A stretch of 64,000 nucleotides of DNA from an uncultured Planctomycetales bacterium (GTDB lineage: Bacteria > Omnitrophota > Gorgyraeia > Gygaellales > Profunditerraquicolaceae): positions 28,282 through 92,281 of the forward strand of contig CAZRVK010000002.1 of the NCBI GenBank assembly GCA_964603585.1, in the 5' to 3' direction. A model generated the notes under the pieces. That model made no database searches. It saw only the letters and a list, made by a program, of their open reading frames with translations, and was not told the DNA's origin. This document shows positions 20,392 to 29,682 of this stretch, piece by piece. Each line of letters begins with the position of its first letter. The stretch's first letter is position 1. The translations under genes and the position numbers were made by a program.

Positions 20392-21047
20392 TTTATAAAT
20401 ACATATCCTGTAAAGCCCTGGTTGAATTCATGCTTTTGAACAAGTTCAAAGCCGTGATTCTTAAATGATCCCCAGAATTCACTACGGCAATATTGGATCT
20501 TTTTTATGATCTCCTCAAGAAAAACCACTGTTTTCAAAATGATACTGCCCTGCTTGGATCCCGGGTCCAATTCAATAACAACGAACAACCCCTTATCCTT
20601 AAGCAGTAAAGCCGCCTCGGATAACAAAAACAGCCTCTTTTTTTCGGGCATATGGTGAAAAACATTGATAGCAAGGATAGCGTCAAAGGAATCCGGCTTA
20701 AAACATAAATTGTGGTTTCCACTTACGCAACAAAATCCGCTGGTCTTACTTTTTGCGAATTTTAAAGGAATAATATCCTTATCCACTCCGACATAGCGCA
20801 CACGAGAATCCCCCTTAAATGCATCATATGCAAAACCTTCTCCACAGCCAAAATCCAAGACCCGTACTTCTTCCTGACCATACCATTGTATGGACTGTTT
20901 TAAAAAAACCTTTTCTGCGCGGATATCGCGCGTTAAGAATTGCAGCCCATAATGTATTGCCGTAAACGGATAAAAAATTGAACAACCCAACAATCTAAGA
21001 TTATTACATCCTGCAACAATATCTTTGGGGCATGAATTTTGAGACAT
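20370..21047 (-). CDS. Class I SAM-dependent methyltransferase.
   Basis: Motif I VLDFGCGEGF. Post-I acidic residue (VGVDKD). LAINVFHHMPE (motif IV-like). Confidence 0.75.
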   Translation of the reverse strand: MSQNSCPKDIVAGCNNLRLLGCSIFYPFTAIHYGLQFLTRDIRAEKVFLKQSIQWYGQEEVRVLDFGCGEGFAYDAFKGDSRVRYVGVDKDIIPLKFAKSKTSGFCCVSGNHNLCFKPDSFDAILAINVFHHMPEKKRLFLLSEAALLLKDKGLFVVIELDPGSKQGSIILKTVVFLEEIIKKIQYCRSEFWGSFKNHGFELVQKHEFNQGFTGYVFIKCQKGSS

Positions 21048-21086
21048 AAGATTTAGTGCCTAAGCGATCTTTACGGATATTCCGGA

Positions 21087-22631
21087 CTATGGATATATCC
21101 TCTCAAGATATTGCAGCACTCTTTCATTATTGACAGTTCCAACGCATTTTTGAAGTATGATCCAGCTATCTTTAAAATCCAGTGTGGTATATCCGGAATT
21201 ATTCATGAGGCCCTTTAACCTGGGGATAAATTCCGCACGGCTGACCGGATAAAAATCATCCCGGGAAAGATCCAGGAAAATATACTCCCAGGAAACATCA
21301 TCCTTTATCAGCCAATTAGACAGATCACCAAGGGATCCGCACTGGGACAAATGTGGAGCTAATGATTGCATGGTTAAACAAGCGGCCCCGGGAGGGATTT
21401 TCTTCAACATCTCCTTACCTATCGAAACATGCTGTGTCTCGACTAATGACCCCAGACTAAAGTCGCGATTAAAGGGGATCTCAAGGTCCCCGCCGGCAAA
21501 AGTGCTTTTCGGCAGGCATAGATAATGCAAGAAACAAACCTTGACCAACACTATAACCGCAAACAGGTTTGCCAATAATGCATACCGCACTTCCGCAGTA
21601 ACCGCGTTTCTTCTTGGGATGATACCTGTAAGAAAATCCAGGAATTTCTTGATCCCGAACAAACCAGCATAAATTGTAAACGCAAGCAGCATGAAATGCC
21701 CGGTCGAATGATGGTTCCTTAAGAGCAAAAACAGGGTTTCCGGGATCAAAGGGATAAGCCGGAGTGGAGACAAAAAGGCAAAAATAAACGGAAACCCGAA
21801 GAAAACAGATGGCAGCATATTAAACGGATTAAAAATATTCCTTAACACTGCCAAAGGATCCGCTTTAATACTATTCAGCACTAAAAGAAAATTGTCGTTA
21901 TACTGCCCCAAATGCAATAACCCGAAAGGAAAATCCTTTTTTGCTATCGACAGATACAATAGGACCAAAACTGCAATAATTATCAGCCAAGATGCACAGA
22001 TGAAAAATGCCACCCTGGCGAATTTCTTTTGGCCTCTAAGAAAATACAGTACCAGGCTAAACAAAAGGTTAATCACAACAACGTCTATCTTTGCCGCATT
22101 CGATAGAACAAGAAAAATAGAAAACCAGAATATACTCCCCTTTTCCAGGGATAAAAACATCCCCAGAAGAAATAATAACCCTATCGCCAGAGGCATGTAC
22201 CCCAATAAAGAACCCGTTGTGACAACCGGATGCAAAAGATACGCTACCGATAGCGCAAATGAGAGAATACGACTCTTGACGATCCCTCTGGAAAGTAAAT
22301 AAACAAAAACCGCTCCTATAGACATAAAAGAACTTTGAAACCAAAGCAAAGCCTGCGGCTTTAAGATCAAACCGTAAATATGGGCAAAAATAAAATTGAT
22401 CGGGGTAAGGATGAAAAAAATAAACGCGTATTCCGGAAGGATAAACAACTCGAACGGACTCCGCCCATAGGCTATCTTTGGATAGATATGTATGAATTGC
22501 CAGCCGAAGGTTGTAGATGAAAAAATGTTAAACTTAGCCGCATTGATAAAACCAAAGGCGGAAGCGTAAAGAATCGATAGCAATATTACACCTATCAATC
22601 CAGCATCTATCTTATGGTTATCAGACATCAC
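21087..22631 (-). CDS. Polytopic integral membrane protein of unknown family, with a C-terminal soluble domain.
   Basis: About 10-12 hydrophobic helices. The C-terminal roughly 150 aa is hydrophilic. No family motif recognised. Confidence 0.45.
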   Translation of the reverse strand: MMSDNHKIDAGLIGVILLSILYASAFGFINAAKFNIFSSTTFGWQFIHIYPKIAYGRSPFELFILPEYAFIFFILTPINFIFAHIYGLILKPQALLWFQSSFMSIGAVFVYLLSRGIVKSRILSFALSVAYLLHPVVTTGSLLGYMPLAIGLLFLLGMFLSLEKGSIFWFSIFLVLSNAAKIDVVVINLLFSLVLYFLRGQKKFARVAFFICASWLIIIAVLVLLYLSIAKKDFPFGLLHLGQYNDNFLLVLNSIKADPLAVLRNIFNPFNMLPSVFFGFPFIFAFLSPLRLIPLIPETLFLLLRNHHSTGHFMLLAFTIYAGLFGIKKFLDFLTGIIPRRNAVTAEVRYALLANLFAVIVLVKVCFLHYLCLPKSTFAGGDLEIPFNRDFSLGSLVETQHVSIGKEMLKKIPPGAACLTMQSLAPHLSQCGSLGDLSNWLIKDDVSWEYIFLDLSRDDFYPVSRAEFIPRLKGLMNNSGYTTLDFKDSWIILQKCVGTVNNERVLQYLERIYP

Positions 22632-22638
22632 TACCTGG

Positions 22639-24123
22639 CTAATTAGCAGCAGTTGCTTTTAAAAGCTTTTTCGCTAACTCCACGGGCTTATTCAACAGGT
22701 ATTCAATATACATGGCAACCAAAATATACCCTCCGTAAAAAAGCTTCCCTATGCTGGTCTTTTTCCCAAATACATACTGGAAGATTATCTTTGGCCGGAC
22801 ATAAAAGTCAAACATGGCTTTTCTTTGCAGCCCCATAAGCTCCCTGCTTGTCATCCCGGGAGGGACATAAACAAGTTCCTTGGAATCATCTGCCCAATCA
22901 TACCAGCCGGTGAATTTCTCCGGGTCTACGATCTCGCCTTTATTCCTGTAAAATTCATCGAAAAATTTAGATCCGGGATAAGGTATCGCCAGATTAAATT
23001 TGGCGATATCACAATCCAGTTCCTTTGCAAGCCTGATGGTATTAAGGCATCCTTTTCTCGTCTCTCCGGGTAGGCCAAGCATGAACAATCCTAATGTATA
23101 TATTTTCAGCTCCTTTACCACTCTCATGACCTCTCGCGCCTGATTAACCGTGGTACGCTTATTCACCGAATCAAGCATATTCTGGTCTCCAGTCTCAAAC
23201 CCGAACATAATAAGGTGTACGCCGGCCTCTTTCATACGCCGGAGGACCTCTTCATTAACTAAATCCACCCGGGTCTCGGTTATCCATTTAATGCGTTTAT
23301 GCAACCCTCTTTTTATCAATTTGTCACAAAATTCTATTCCTGACTCTACTGAAAAAGGGAAATTCGCATCCATAAAACCAAATTTCTTTACGCCATATTT
23401 AGAATACATGAATTCGATCTCATCCAGGATCTTATCCAAGTTCCTATACCTGGGCGTCGGGTAAACTTTATCCTGGGCACAAAACATACACTTAAAAGGG
23501 CATCCCCGAGAACCCAAAAGAGGCAAAGCGCGTTCTCCGTATATTATCGCCAAAGGGACTTCATTGTAATTGTCCAGATCAAAAAGATGCCAGGCAGGAT
23601 ACGGCAGGGTATCCAGATCTTCAACGGGCTTCCTGTCCGGGTTAGTTACGACTTTGCCGTTTTTTAGAAAACTTACCCCGTCGATACCATCAAACCCCCT
23701 GCCTTCTTTTAAGGCATTGACTAACTCAAGCATGGTAATTTCGCCTTCGCCGCGAACTACCACATCAGCAATCTTTTCCTCTAAAAGCTCTTTTGCAAAA
23801 ATCGTTGGATGCATCCCCCCCAAAACAATCTTTGCCTTGCTGAATCGGCGTATCTCGGGGATAAGCATCCTCACCTTCTTCATTACAGGCGTCAAACAGG
23901 AGATCCCGATGATATCCGCATCATATTCCTTGATCTGCGCTAACAATTTATCATCGCTCATCCGGGTAGCGAATTGGTCCATTACCCTGACCTGGATCCC
24001 CGCATTTTCCAATACCGCGGCGATAGTACCTATCCCGGTAGGAAGGATCGGGGCAAAAAAAACACGCAACTTAACGCTCTTCTCAACTGATCCGGTGTTG
24101 GGGTTAATCAACAGCACTTTCAT
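22639..24123 (-). CDS. B12-binding (class B) radical SAM enzyme.
   Basis: VLLINPN...IVLGGMHPT...VVRGEGE. GSRGCPFKCMFC. Confidence 0.85.
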   Translation of the reverse strand: MKVLLINPNTGSVEKSVKLRVFFAPILPTGIGTIAAVLENAGIQVRVMDQFATRMSDDKLLAQIKEYDADIIGISCLTPVMKKVRMLIPEIRRFSKAKIVLGGMHPTIFAKELLEEKIADVVVRGEGEITMLELVNALKEGRGFDGIDGVSFLKNGKVVTNPDRKPVEDLDTLPYPAWHLFDLDNYNEVPLAIIYGERALPLLGSRGCPFKCMFCAQDKVYPTPRYRNLDKILDEIEFMYSKYGVKKFGFMDANFPFSVESGIEFCDKLIKRGLHKRIKWITETRVDLVNEEVLRRMKEAGVHLIMFGFETGDQNMLDSVNKRTTVNQAREVMRVVKELKIYTLGLFMLGLPGETRKGCLNTIRLAKELDCDIAKFNLAIPYPGSKFFDEFYRNKGEIVDPEKFTGWYDWADDSKELVYVPPGMTSRELMGLQRKAMFDFYVRPKIIFQYVFGKKTSIGKLFYGGYILVAMYIEYLLNKPVELAKKLLKATAAN

Positions 24124-24142
24124 AAGGTCAGCCTTTCTTTTA

Positions 24143-25321
24143 TTAATACTTGAATATCTCTCCGCTGTTAATCTCGTTTATAAAGAATTCGTATTCAGCG
24201 ATCAATTTCCGCCTGACATTTTCGTCGATATTTATCGCTTTAGCGGCTATTTTTCGGCAATAGCCACATTCATCACAAGACTTATCCCGGCATTGCTCTT
24301 CAATAAAATAATTAATGAATCCATCTAACTTTCTGTTATCTATATTTATATGGATATCCCTGACTAGCTTACTCATTTCGATAAGCTTGAAAATATTGAT
24401 CTTTAATGGATGAAAGAAATACTTGAGTTTATGGATGAAGTTCGGGTTTTTCACCCAAAGGCTTTTTGATGGATTGGCAAACAAATCATAAAGATTACCT
24501 TCGTAACTTCTGGAGGAATATGCTTCTGTTATTAAACTTAATGCATCTGAATGCATCGTTCTATCAACTATCTTGAATCTGTCTATACCTATTCCCTCGT
24601 AAACCTTTAAATCCTCCGGCCTAATCCATGCCGTACGTATTAAATTGGCAGGGTCTTTAAGCATCGCATATCTGCACATAATACGGCAATAATCAAAAAG
24701 ATACTCCCCTGGCCGGGTTATATCTTGAGACCCGTGCGAACTGGTATTATTATGGTAAAAATACCTTGGGCAATGCTGCAGACAATCCTCGTTTACAATA
24801 AGCTGAAGCCCGCATTCTACTCCTTTTCTTATCTTCGCAAGAAGTTTAAAATCACGGTTGACTTCACCCAATGACAGTGTAATAACAGACGCGCCCAAAT
24901 CCTGCCAGAATTTTGCCTTGGCTACCGAATTTACATTCGCAAAACAGGAAACCGAAAGTTCAAACTGCGGGTATTTCAATTTGATCAACTGAAAAAGGTA
25001 AGGGCTGGTCACCACCAGTCCATCCACTCTTACTTCTAAAAGCCAATCAAGCAGCTTATGGAGCTTTTTTTGGCCTTTTATGCTCCATTCTCTGTTTCCC
25101 AAACAGGAGGCATTTAAAAGATAGAAGAACTTCCATCCTTGCTTTTGGATCTGCCCGATGTGCGCTTTGGCATAATTCCTGGATACCCCGCGGATAACAC
25201 AAGTTGCTCTTCCTCCTCCAACAAAATCCTTATCCAGTTTACCGTATACCGTGTCCACGGACGGTTTTTTTATCTTAAGGACTAAATCTTCCTGCCAATT
25301 TGTAGGTACAGTTAGTTTCAT
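24143..25321 (-). CDS. U32-family protein (peptidase U32 / UbiV-RlhA-like; putative Fe-S O2-independent hydroxylase), copy 1.
   Basis: N-terminus MKLTVPTNWQ...FVGGGRA parallels the UbiV N-terminus MKYSLGPVLWYW. The central segment aligns by eye to the UbiV TIM-barrel region. Cys-rich stretches CLQHCPRYF, CRIMC and CDECGYC. Tandem paralogue of 25338-26531. Confidence 0.55.
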   Translation of the reverse strand: MKLTVPTNWQEDLVLKIKKPSVDTVYGKLDKDFVGGGRATCVIRGVSRNYAKAHIGQIQKQGWKFFYLLNASCLGNREWSIKGQKKLHKLLDWLLEVRVDGLVVTSPYLFQLIKLKYPQFELSVSCFANVNSVAKAKFWQDLGASVITLSLGEVNRDFKLLAKIRKGVECGLQLIVNEDCLQHCPRYFYHNNTSSHGSQDITRPGEYLFDYCRIMCRYAMLKDPANLIRTAWIRPEDLKVYEGIGIDRFKIVDRTMHSDALSLITEAYSSRSYEGNLYDLFANPSKSLWVKNPNFIHKLKYFFHPLKINIFKLIEMSKLVRDIHINIDNRKLDGFINYFIEEQCRDKSCDECGYCRKIAAKAINIDENVRRKLIAEYEFFINEINSGEIFKY

Positions 25322-25337
25322 TTGTTTTTAATAATTA

Positions 25338-26531
25338 TTACTTTCTCCCACGGACGTAAAATGCTCTTCCCGAAACAATATCATCCAAAAGGCGGACCGA
25401 CAAATCCAATTTCTGCCGATAGGCATCTTCTTTCGGCAGGCGTAACGCCGAAGCAGCAACATCCTTGCAATAAGAACAACCGTCGCAATCATGCCTACAC
25501 TTACCGGAAACAAAAAAATCGAGAAATCCCTCAAGCTTTTGATTGTCCAGAAAAAAACCGTTACAATCAAGCAACTTTTGCAGTTTCTGCATCTTAAAAA
25601 TATCCGCTTTAAAAGGATGGAAGAAATATTTCAATTTATGAAACAGATAGGGTTTGGCGAATAATAAACATTTATTCTTATCCAATGTAAATAGATCAAG
25701 CAGGTTCCCTTCATATTTATTTTCGGTGTATGCTTGAACGATACTAAGGATAAATTCGGTTTTCATGATCCTATCTACGAGTTTTATACGATCTATGCCT
25801 ATCTCCTCATAATAATGAAGATCCTCCGGGCGGATCCAGCCGGAAGAAATCAACCGGTAAGGCTCCTGGAGCCGCACATGCCTGCAGGAAAGAGAGCAGT
25901 AATCAATGACAAACCCGCCGTTAGGATCATTTACTTGAGAGGCATGGCTGGTTAATCCAGCATGGTATAAATGGTATGGGCAGCCATAAAGGCATGGCAG
26001 GTTTGCAATAAGCTGCAGCCGGCAAGAAACCGCCTTCCTGATCTTACGCAAAACTTCGAAGTCACGGTTGATTTCTGTAAAAGAAAGTGTTATCTGGTCC
26101 GCACCCATATCCTGCCAATATCTTGCGCTTATAGGGTTATTTACAGCGGCCATTACAGAGACATGAACCTTTAAGGAGGGGTAACATTTCTTCACAACCT
26201 GCAAAAGATACGGTAAAGACACTGTTACGGATTCAACACCTAAAACCAACAACCAATCAAGCAATTTTTGGATGTTTTTCTGGCCTCGATGATTCCATTC
26301 CCGGTTGCCAAGACAGGATGAATTAAGCAGATAATTAAAAGCAATACCTTTTTTATGTATTGAACGAATATGCTCTGCCGCCTTCTTTCTTTGTATGACA
26401 GGGCCAAGGGCAGAAGCCCTTCCCCCCCCAAAAAAATCGGCGTGTAGTTTGCCATAGATCTGATCTATGTTCCGAACATCGAGATTTTCCAACAAATCGG
26501 TCTGCCAATTAGTAGGCACGGATAACTTCAT
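25338..26531 (-). CDS. U32-family protein (UbiV/RlhA-like), copy 2.
   Basis: MKLSVPTNWQTDLL...FFGGGRA. CLYGCPYHLYH, CSLSC and CDGCSYC. C-terminal FFHPFKADIFKM versus FFHPLKINIFKL in copy 1. Confidence 0.55.
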   Translation of the reverse strand: MKLSVPTNWQTDLLENLDVRNIDQIYGKLHADFFGGGRASALGPVIQRKKAAEHIRSIHKKGIAFNYLLNSSCLGNREWNHRGQKNIQKLLDWLLVLGVESVTVSLPYLLQVVKKCYPSLKVHVSVMAAVNNPISARYWQDMGADQITLSFTEINRDFEVLRKIRKAVSCRLQLIANLPCLYGCPYHLYHAGLTSHASQVNDPNGGFVIDYCSLSCRHVRLQEPYRLISSGWIRPEDLHYYEEIGIDRIKLVDRIMKTEFILSIVQAYTENKYEGNLLDLFTLDKNKCLLFAKPYLFHKLKYFFHPFKADIFKMQKLQKLLDCNGFFLDNQKLEGFLDFFVSGKCRHDCDGCSYCKDVAASALRLPKEDAYRQKLDLSVRLLDDIVSGRAFYVRGRK

Positions 26532-26635
26532 ATTCCCCTTTATCTTTATCGTTTATGGATAAAAATCACGTCAACATTATACCATAAAACACCTTTTGCG
26601 ATATTTAATTGTGCCCGGCTTAAAACGAAGCGGTA

Positions 26636-28081
26636 TTAATAAAGTGTCAGGTTGCGCAGGCCGAATTTAATACATTCAAAATATGTTAATCGATTGGCCT
26701 TTTTATAACGATACGCGAAAGTAACGGCAAAAACCATATGGTATAATAAATCCAGAGGTAATCGGATAAGCAGTTTCACCAGCGCCAATAATGCCGGGAA
26801 TCTTACTGCCAGATAAAAAAGTTTCTGCAGCCTTATTATTTTATCTATATCTTTATAGGAAAAATTGCTGCGCCTAAAGAATGTAGGTGAAAAACAGCCT
26901 TTATCTGTGGGATGCAAAAAGCCATTCTTAATGGAGACCTCTTCGATCTTTGTGCCCGGATAGGGCTGTAATATTGAACACCAGGGATAATCCGGTTTAA
27001 TACGGATATTGATTGCGACGGTTTTAAGCGCCCCAGACAAGGTCTCCCCGGGCAATCCAAGCATATTATTCGTCAAGATCTTGATACCGTGCCGATGCAA
27101 ACACTCTGCGGCATATAAGATTTGCTGGTCGGTAATATTCTTATTGAGAAGATTTATCCGGGAGTTTTCATCTCCCGTTTCAACCCCCATTGAAACACGG
27201 AAACAACCGCCAGTTTTGAGCATTCTTGACACATCTTCATCAACTAATGAAGCATGGACATTACAGATAAAGGGGATCCTGATGTGCTTATTGTACTCGA
27301 AAAGAAAACCCTCAAGCCATGCCTTATCATATATAAAAATATCATCATCAAAAACCACAGTTCTTAAAGGGTACCTGGTTTTTACCTGTTTTATCTCCTT
27401 GATTATATGCCCGGGGCTTCTGAATCTAAGCGGATTCCTCTCACCCTTATAAAGATCCTTTAAAACATGGTTATAACAATAATTGCAATTGAACAAACAT
27501 CCGCGAGAAGCCATAAAATGCTTTACGCCCTGCCTTTGGAAATCTTTATACTTATCATAAATAGACCGGTCTGGAATAGGCAAATGATCCAGGCAGGGGA
27601 TCAAAGGGCCCATATCATTTCGTATTATTTTATCCGATAACTTAACATAAAGACTTTTTATATGTGGATTTACCTTGCCGGCATTTAAAGAATCTGCGAG
27701 TTCAATGAGAGGGGTTTCGCCTTCCCCCCGGCAAACAGCATCAATGCCCGGCAAATCAATGATATCTGGAGCGAATGTGGGGTGGCTGCCACCAAACAAC
27801 ACAAAAACATTAGCCAGCGCTTTCAACTCTTTAGCGGTCTTGAGTGCCCAAAGATGCTCGCCAGATGAACAAGAGAAACCAACCAACCCGGGTTTCATCT
27901 GGACTATCTTCCGCAAAATATGATTTTCGGCCACACCAATAAAAACATCTACCTCATAACCCCTTGCCTTTAAAACTGCCGAAAGGGACATAACCCCGAT
28001 GTTCTCAAACCATGATCTTTGCACTAAAGCTATTCTCATTTTACAGGCAGCTAACCTCGTTATACAATAAATCCCTGTCAT
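26636..28081 (-). CDS. B12-binding (class B) radical SAM enzyme.
   Basis: IALVQRS...VLFGGSH...VCRGEGE. ASRGCLFNCNYC. Confidence 0.85.
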   Translation of the reverse strand: MTGIYCITRLAACKMRIALVQRSWFENIGVMSLSAVLKARGYEVDVFIGVAENHILRKIVQMKPGLVGFSCSSGEHLWALKTAKELKALANVFVLFGGSHPTFAPDIIDLPGIDAVCRGEGETPLIELADSLNAGKVNPHIKSLYVKLSDKIIRNDMGPLIPCLDHLPIPDRSIYDKYKDFQRQGVKHFMASRGCLFNCNYCYNHVLKDLYKGERNPLRFRSPGHIIKEIKQVKTRYPLRTVVFDDDIFIYDKAWLEGFLFEYNKHIRIPFICNVHASLVDEDVSRMLKTGGCFRVSMGVETGDENSRINLLNKNITDQQILYAAECLHRHGIKILTNNMLGLPGETLSGALKTVAINIRIKPDYPWCSILQPYPGTKIEEVSIKNGFLHPTDKGCFSPTFFRRSNFSYKDIDKIIRLQKLFYLAVRFPALLALVKLLIRLPLDLLYHMVFAVTFAYRYKKANRLTYFECIKFGLRNLTLY

Positions 28082-28161
28082 TAAAACATCTTTATTATAT
28101 AATAGTATCTAACCGCTTAAAAGTTAATCTTTCGGTTTGATCCATTGAGAATATCATTAAA

Positions 28162-29622
28162 ATGATCGACATCCTTTTAGTTCAACAATCCGCCGGCAGC
28201 TGGGAACGTCCAATCAAAAATCACATTTTGCCGCTCTCGCTTATCTCTGCGACAAGGCAAATCCCTAAGGATTTTAACATTAAACTGATAGATGTCAGGA
28301 TCCATGGCAAAAAAGCGCTCTTGCCCTATATCCGACAAAAGAATATCCTGATCGGCTTATCTGTTCTGACCGGACAATCGATCAAAAATGCTCTGGGAAT
28401 AATCCGATTTATAAAAGAGATCAACCCTTCCGCCCAAATAATCTTAGGGGGGATTCATCCAACTATTCAGCCGGAACAAACCTTAGCTTCTCCACTGGTT
28501 GATTACATCGTTACCGGACCTGGAGAAACTGCTTTAAAAGAGTTTTTAATACACAGGAGCGGGCCAAGGATAAGCAATCCGGACAACATCGAAGGCCTTG
28601 GATATAAAGACAGCGGTAAATTATTCATTAACCAGCCGTCGAAGTTGACTCCAGAAAAAATCGATTCCTTCGGTCTTCCCTCGTACGATCTCGTAGATAT
28701 CAAGCAATACCTGATTGATTATGACGGAAAACCAAGCATCCAAATAGAAAGCTCGCGCGGCTGTAATCAAAGATGTGCATTTTGTGTAAATTCCGCGCTA
28801 CGGCAAAATTGGGTTCCGTATTCCGCTGATTTCGTAATTAAGCACATTGAACACCTTTACTATACTTATGGCGTTAAAAGCTTCATTTTTATCGATTGGG
28901 ATTTCTTCACCGATTTAGAAAGGGCAAGACAAATTTGCCTGCAATTGATACAAAAGAAAATCGGGATCTCCTGGGTCTCTCAAGGGATTCATGTTAACGA
29001 ATTACTAAAGATCGATGATAAATTCATGAGATTACTTAAAGAAAGCGGATTTGTCGAATTCTGCGCTATAGGAGTCGAAAGCGGTTCAAAAAGGATCTTA
29101 AAAACAATGAATAAGGGGTATAATATGGAGGAACTTATTTCATTAAATAAGAACCTTTCCCGTTACAGAATTGCCCTAAAATACACCTTCATCATAGGTA
29201 CACCTTACGAACAATACAAAGATCTCCAGGAAACTATATCTTTAGCCCTGAAACTAAATTCAGATAATCCTTATGCGGCCAACTCCAGCTTCTATATTTA
29301 CACCCCCTATCCCGGGACAAAATTCTTTGATCAAGCGGTTAATTTGGGGTTTAACCCACCCTCAACACTGGAAGAATGGGGAGATGTCAGGGGCTGGATA
29401 ACTTCGTGGCAGCGCAACCGAGGGCCAAGGAGCAAGCTCGAAAAGATCCATTTTCTATCGTTGTTCACCACAGCAGTCTATTGGCAAAAATATCTTAAAC
29501 GTTTCAAACTGCTCAAGCCCGTTTTTCTTATATATAGTAAAATCGCCGTATTTAGATTAAAAAAAGGGTTTTTTCCCTTCATGCCGGAGTTCTTAATCTG
29601 GAAACAGCTAAGAAGGAATTAA
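28162..29622 (+). CDS. B12-binding (class B) radical SAM enzyme. Tandem paralogue 1 on the plus strand.
   Basis: ILLVQQSAGSWERP...IILGGIHPT...IVTGPGE. SSRGCNQRCAFC. Highly similar to the next ORF. Confidence 0.85.
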   Translation: MIDILLVQQSAGSWERPIKNHILPLSLISATRQIPKDFNIKLIDVRIHGKKALLPYIRQKNILIGLSVLTGQSIKNALGIIRFIKEINPSAQIILGGIHPTIQPEQTLASPLVDYIVTGPGETALKEFLIHRSGPRISNPDNIEGLGYKDSGKLFINQPSKLTPEKIDSFGLPSYDLVDIKQYLIDYDGKPSIQIESSRGCNQRCAFCVNSALRQNWVPYSADFVIKHIEHLYYTYGVKSFIFIDWDFFTDLERARQICLQLIQKKIGISWVSQGIHVNELLKIDDKFMRLLKESGFVEFCAIGVESGSKRILKTMNKGYNMEELISLNKNLSRYRIALKYTFIIGTPYEQYKDLQETISLALKLNSDNPYAANSSFYIYTPYPGTKFFDQAVNLGFNPPSTLEEWGDVRGWITSWQRNRGPRSKLEKIHFLSLFTTAVYWQKYLKRFKLLKPVFLIYSKIAVFRLKKGFFPFMPEFLIWKQLRRN

Positions 29623-29682
29623 CCACTTTGCCGTACGCGTTTATAGCACTTTTGCAGCTAAATCTAAAATCATTTTAAAATC

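Noticed and set aside
23570-24328. 252-aa plus-strand ORF (and many 60-140 aa ORFs, for example 1175-1429, 3372-3920, 17162-17392, 21892-22302, 43387-44145, 52414-53086, 53660-54136) lying antisense inside long, well-supported CDSs.
   Set aside because: Each is fully embedded antisense in a gene with strong family motifs. They have low-complexity Ser/Ile/Leu-rich composition and no RBS or motif support. This is typical of spurious antisense ORFs in AT-rich DNA.
25322-25597. Small ORFs on both strands (25322-25597 plus, 25328-25570 minus) at the junction of the two U32 genes.
   Set aside because: They overlap the C-terminal coding region of U32 copy 2, whose C-terminal motif (FFHPFK...CDGCSYC) is conserved with copy 1. 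They are therefore not independent genes.
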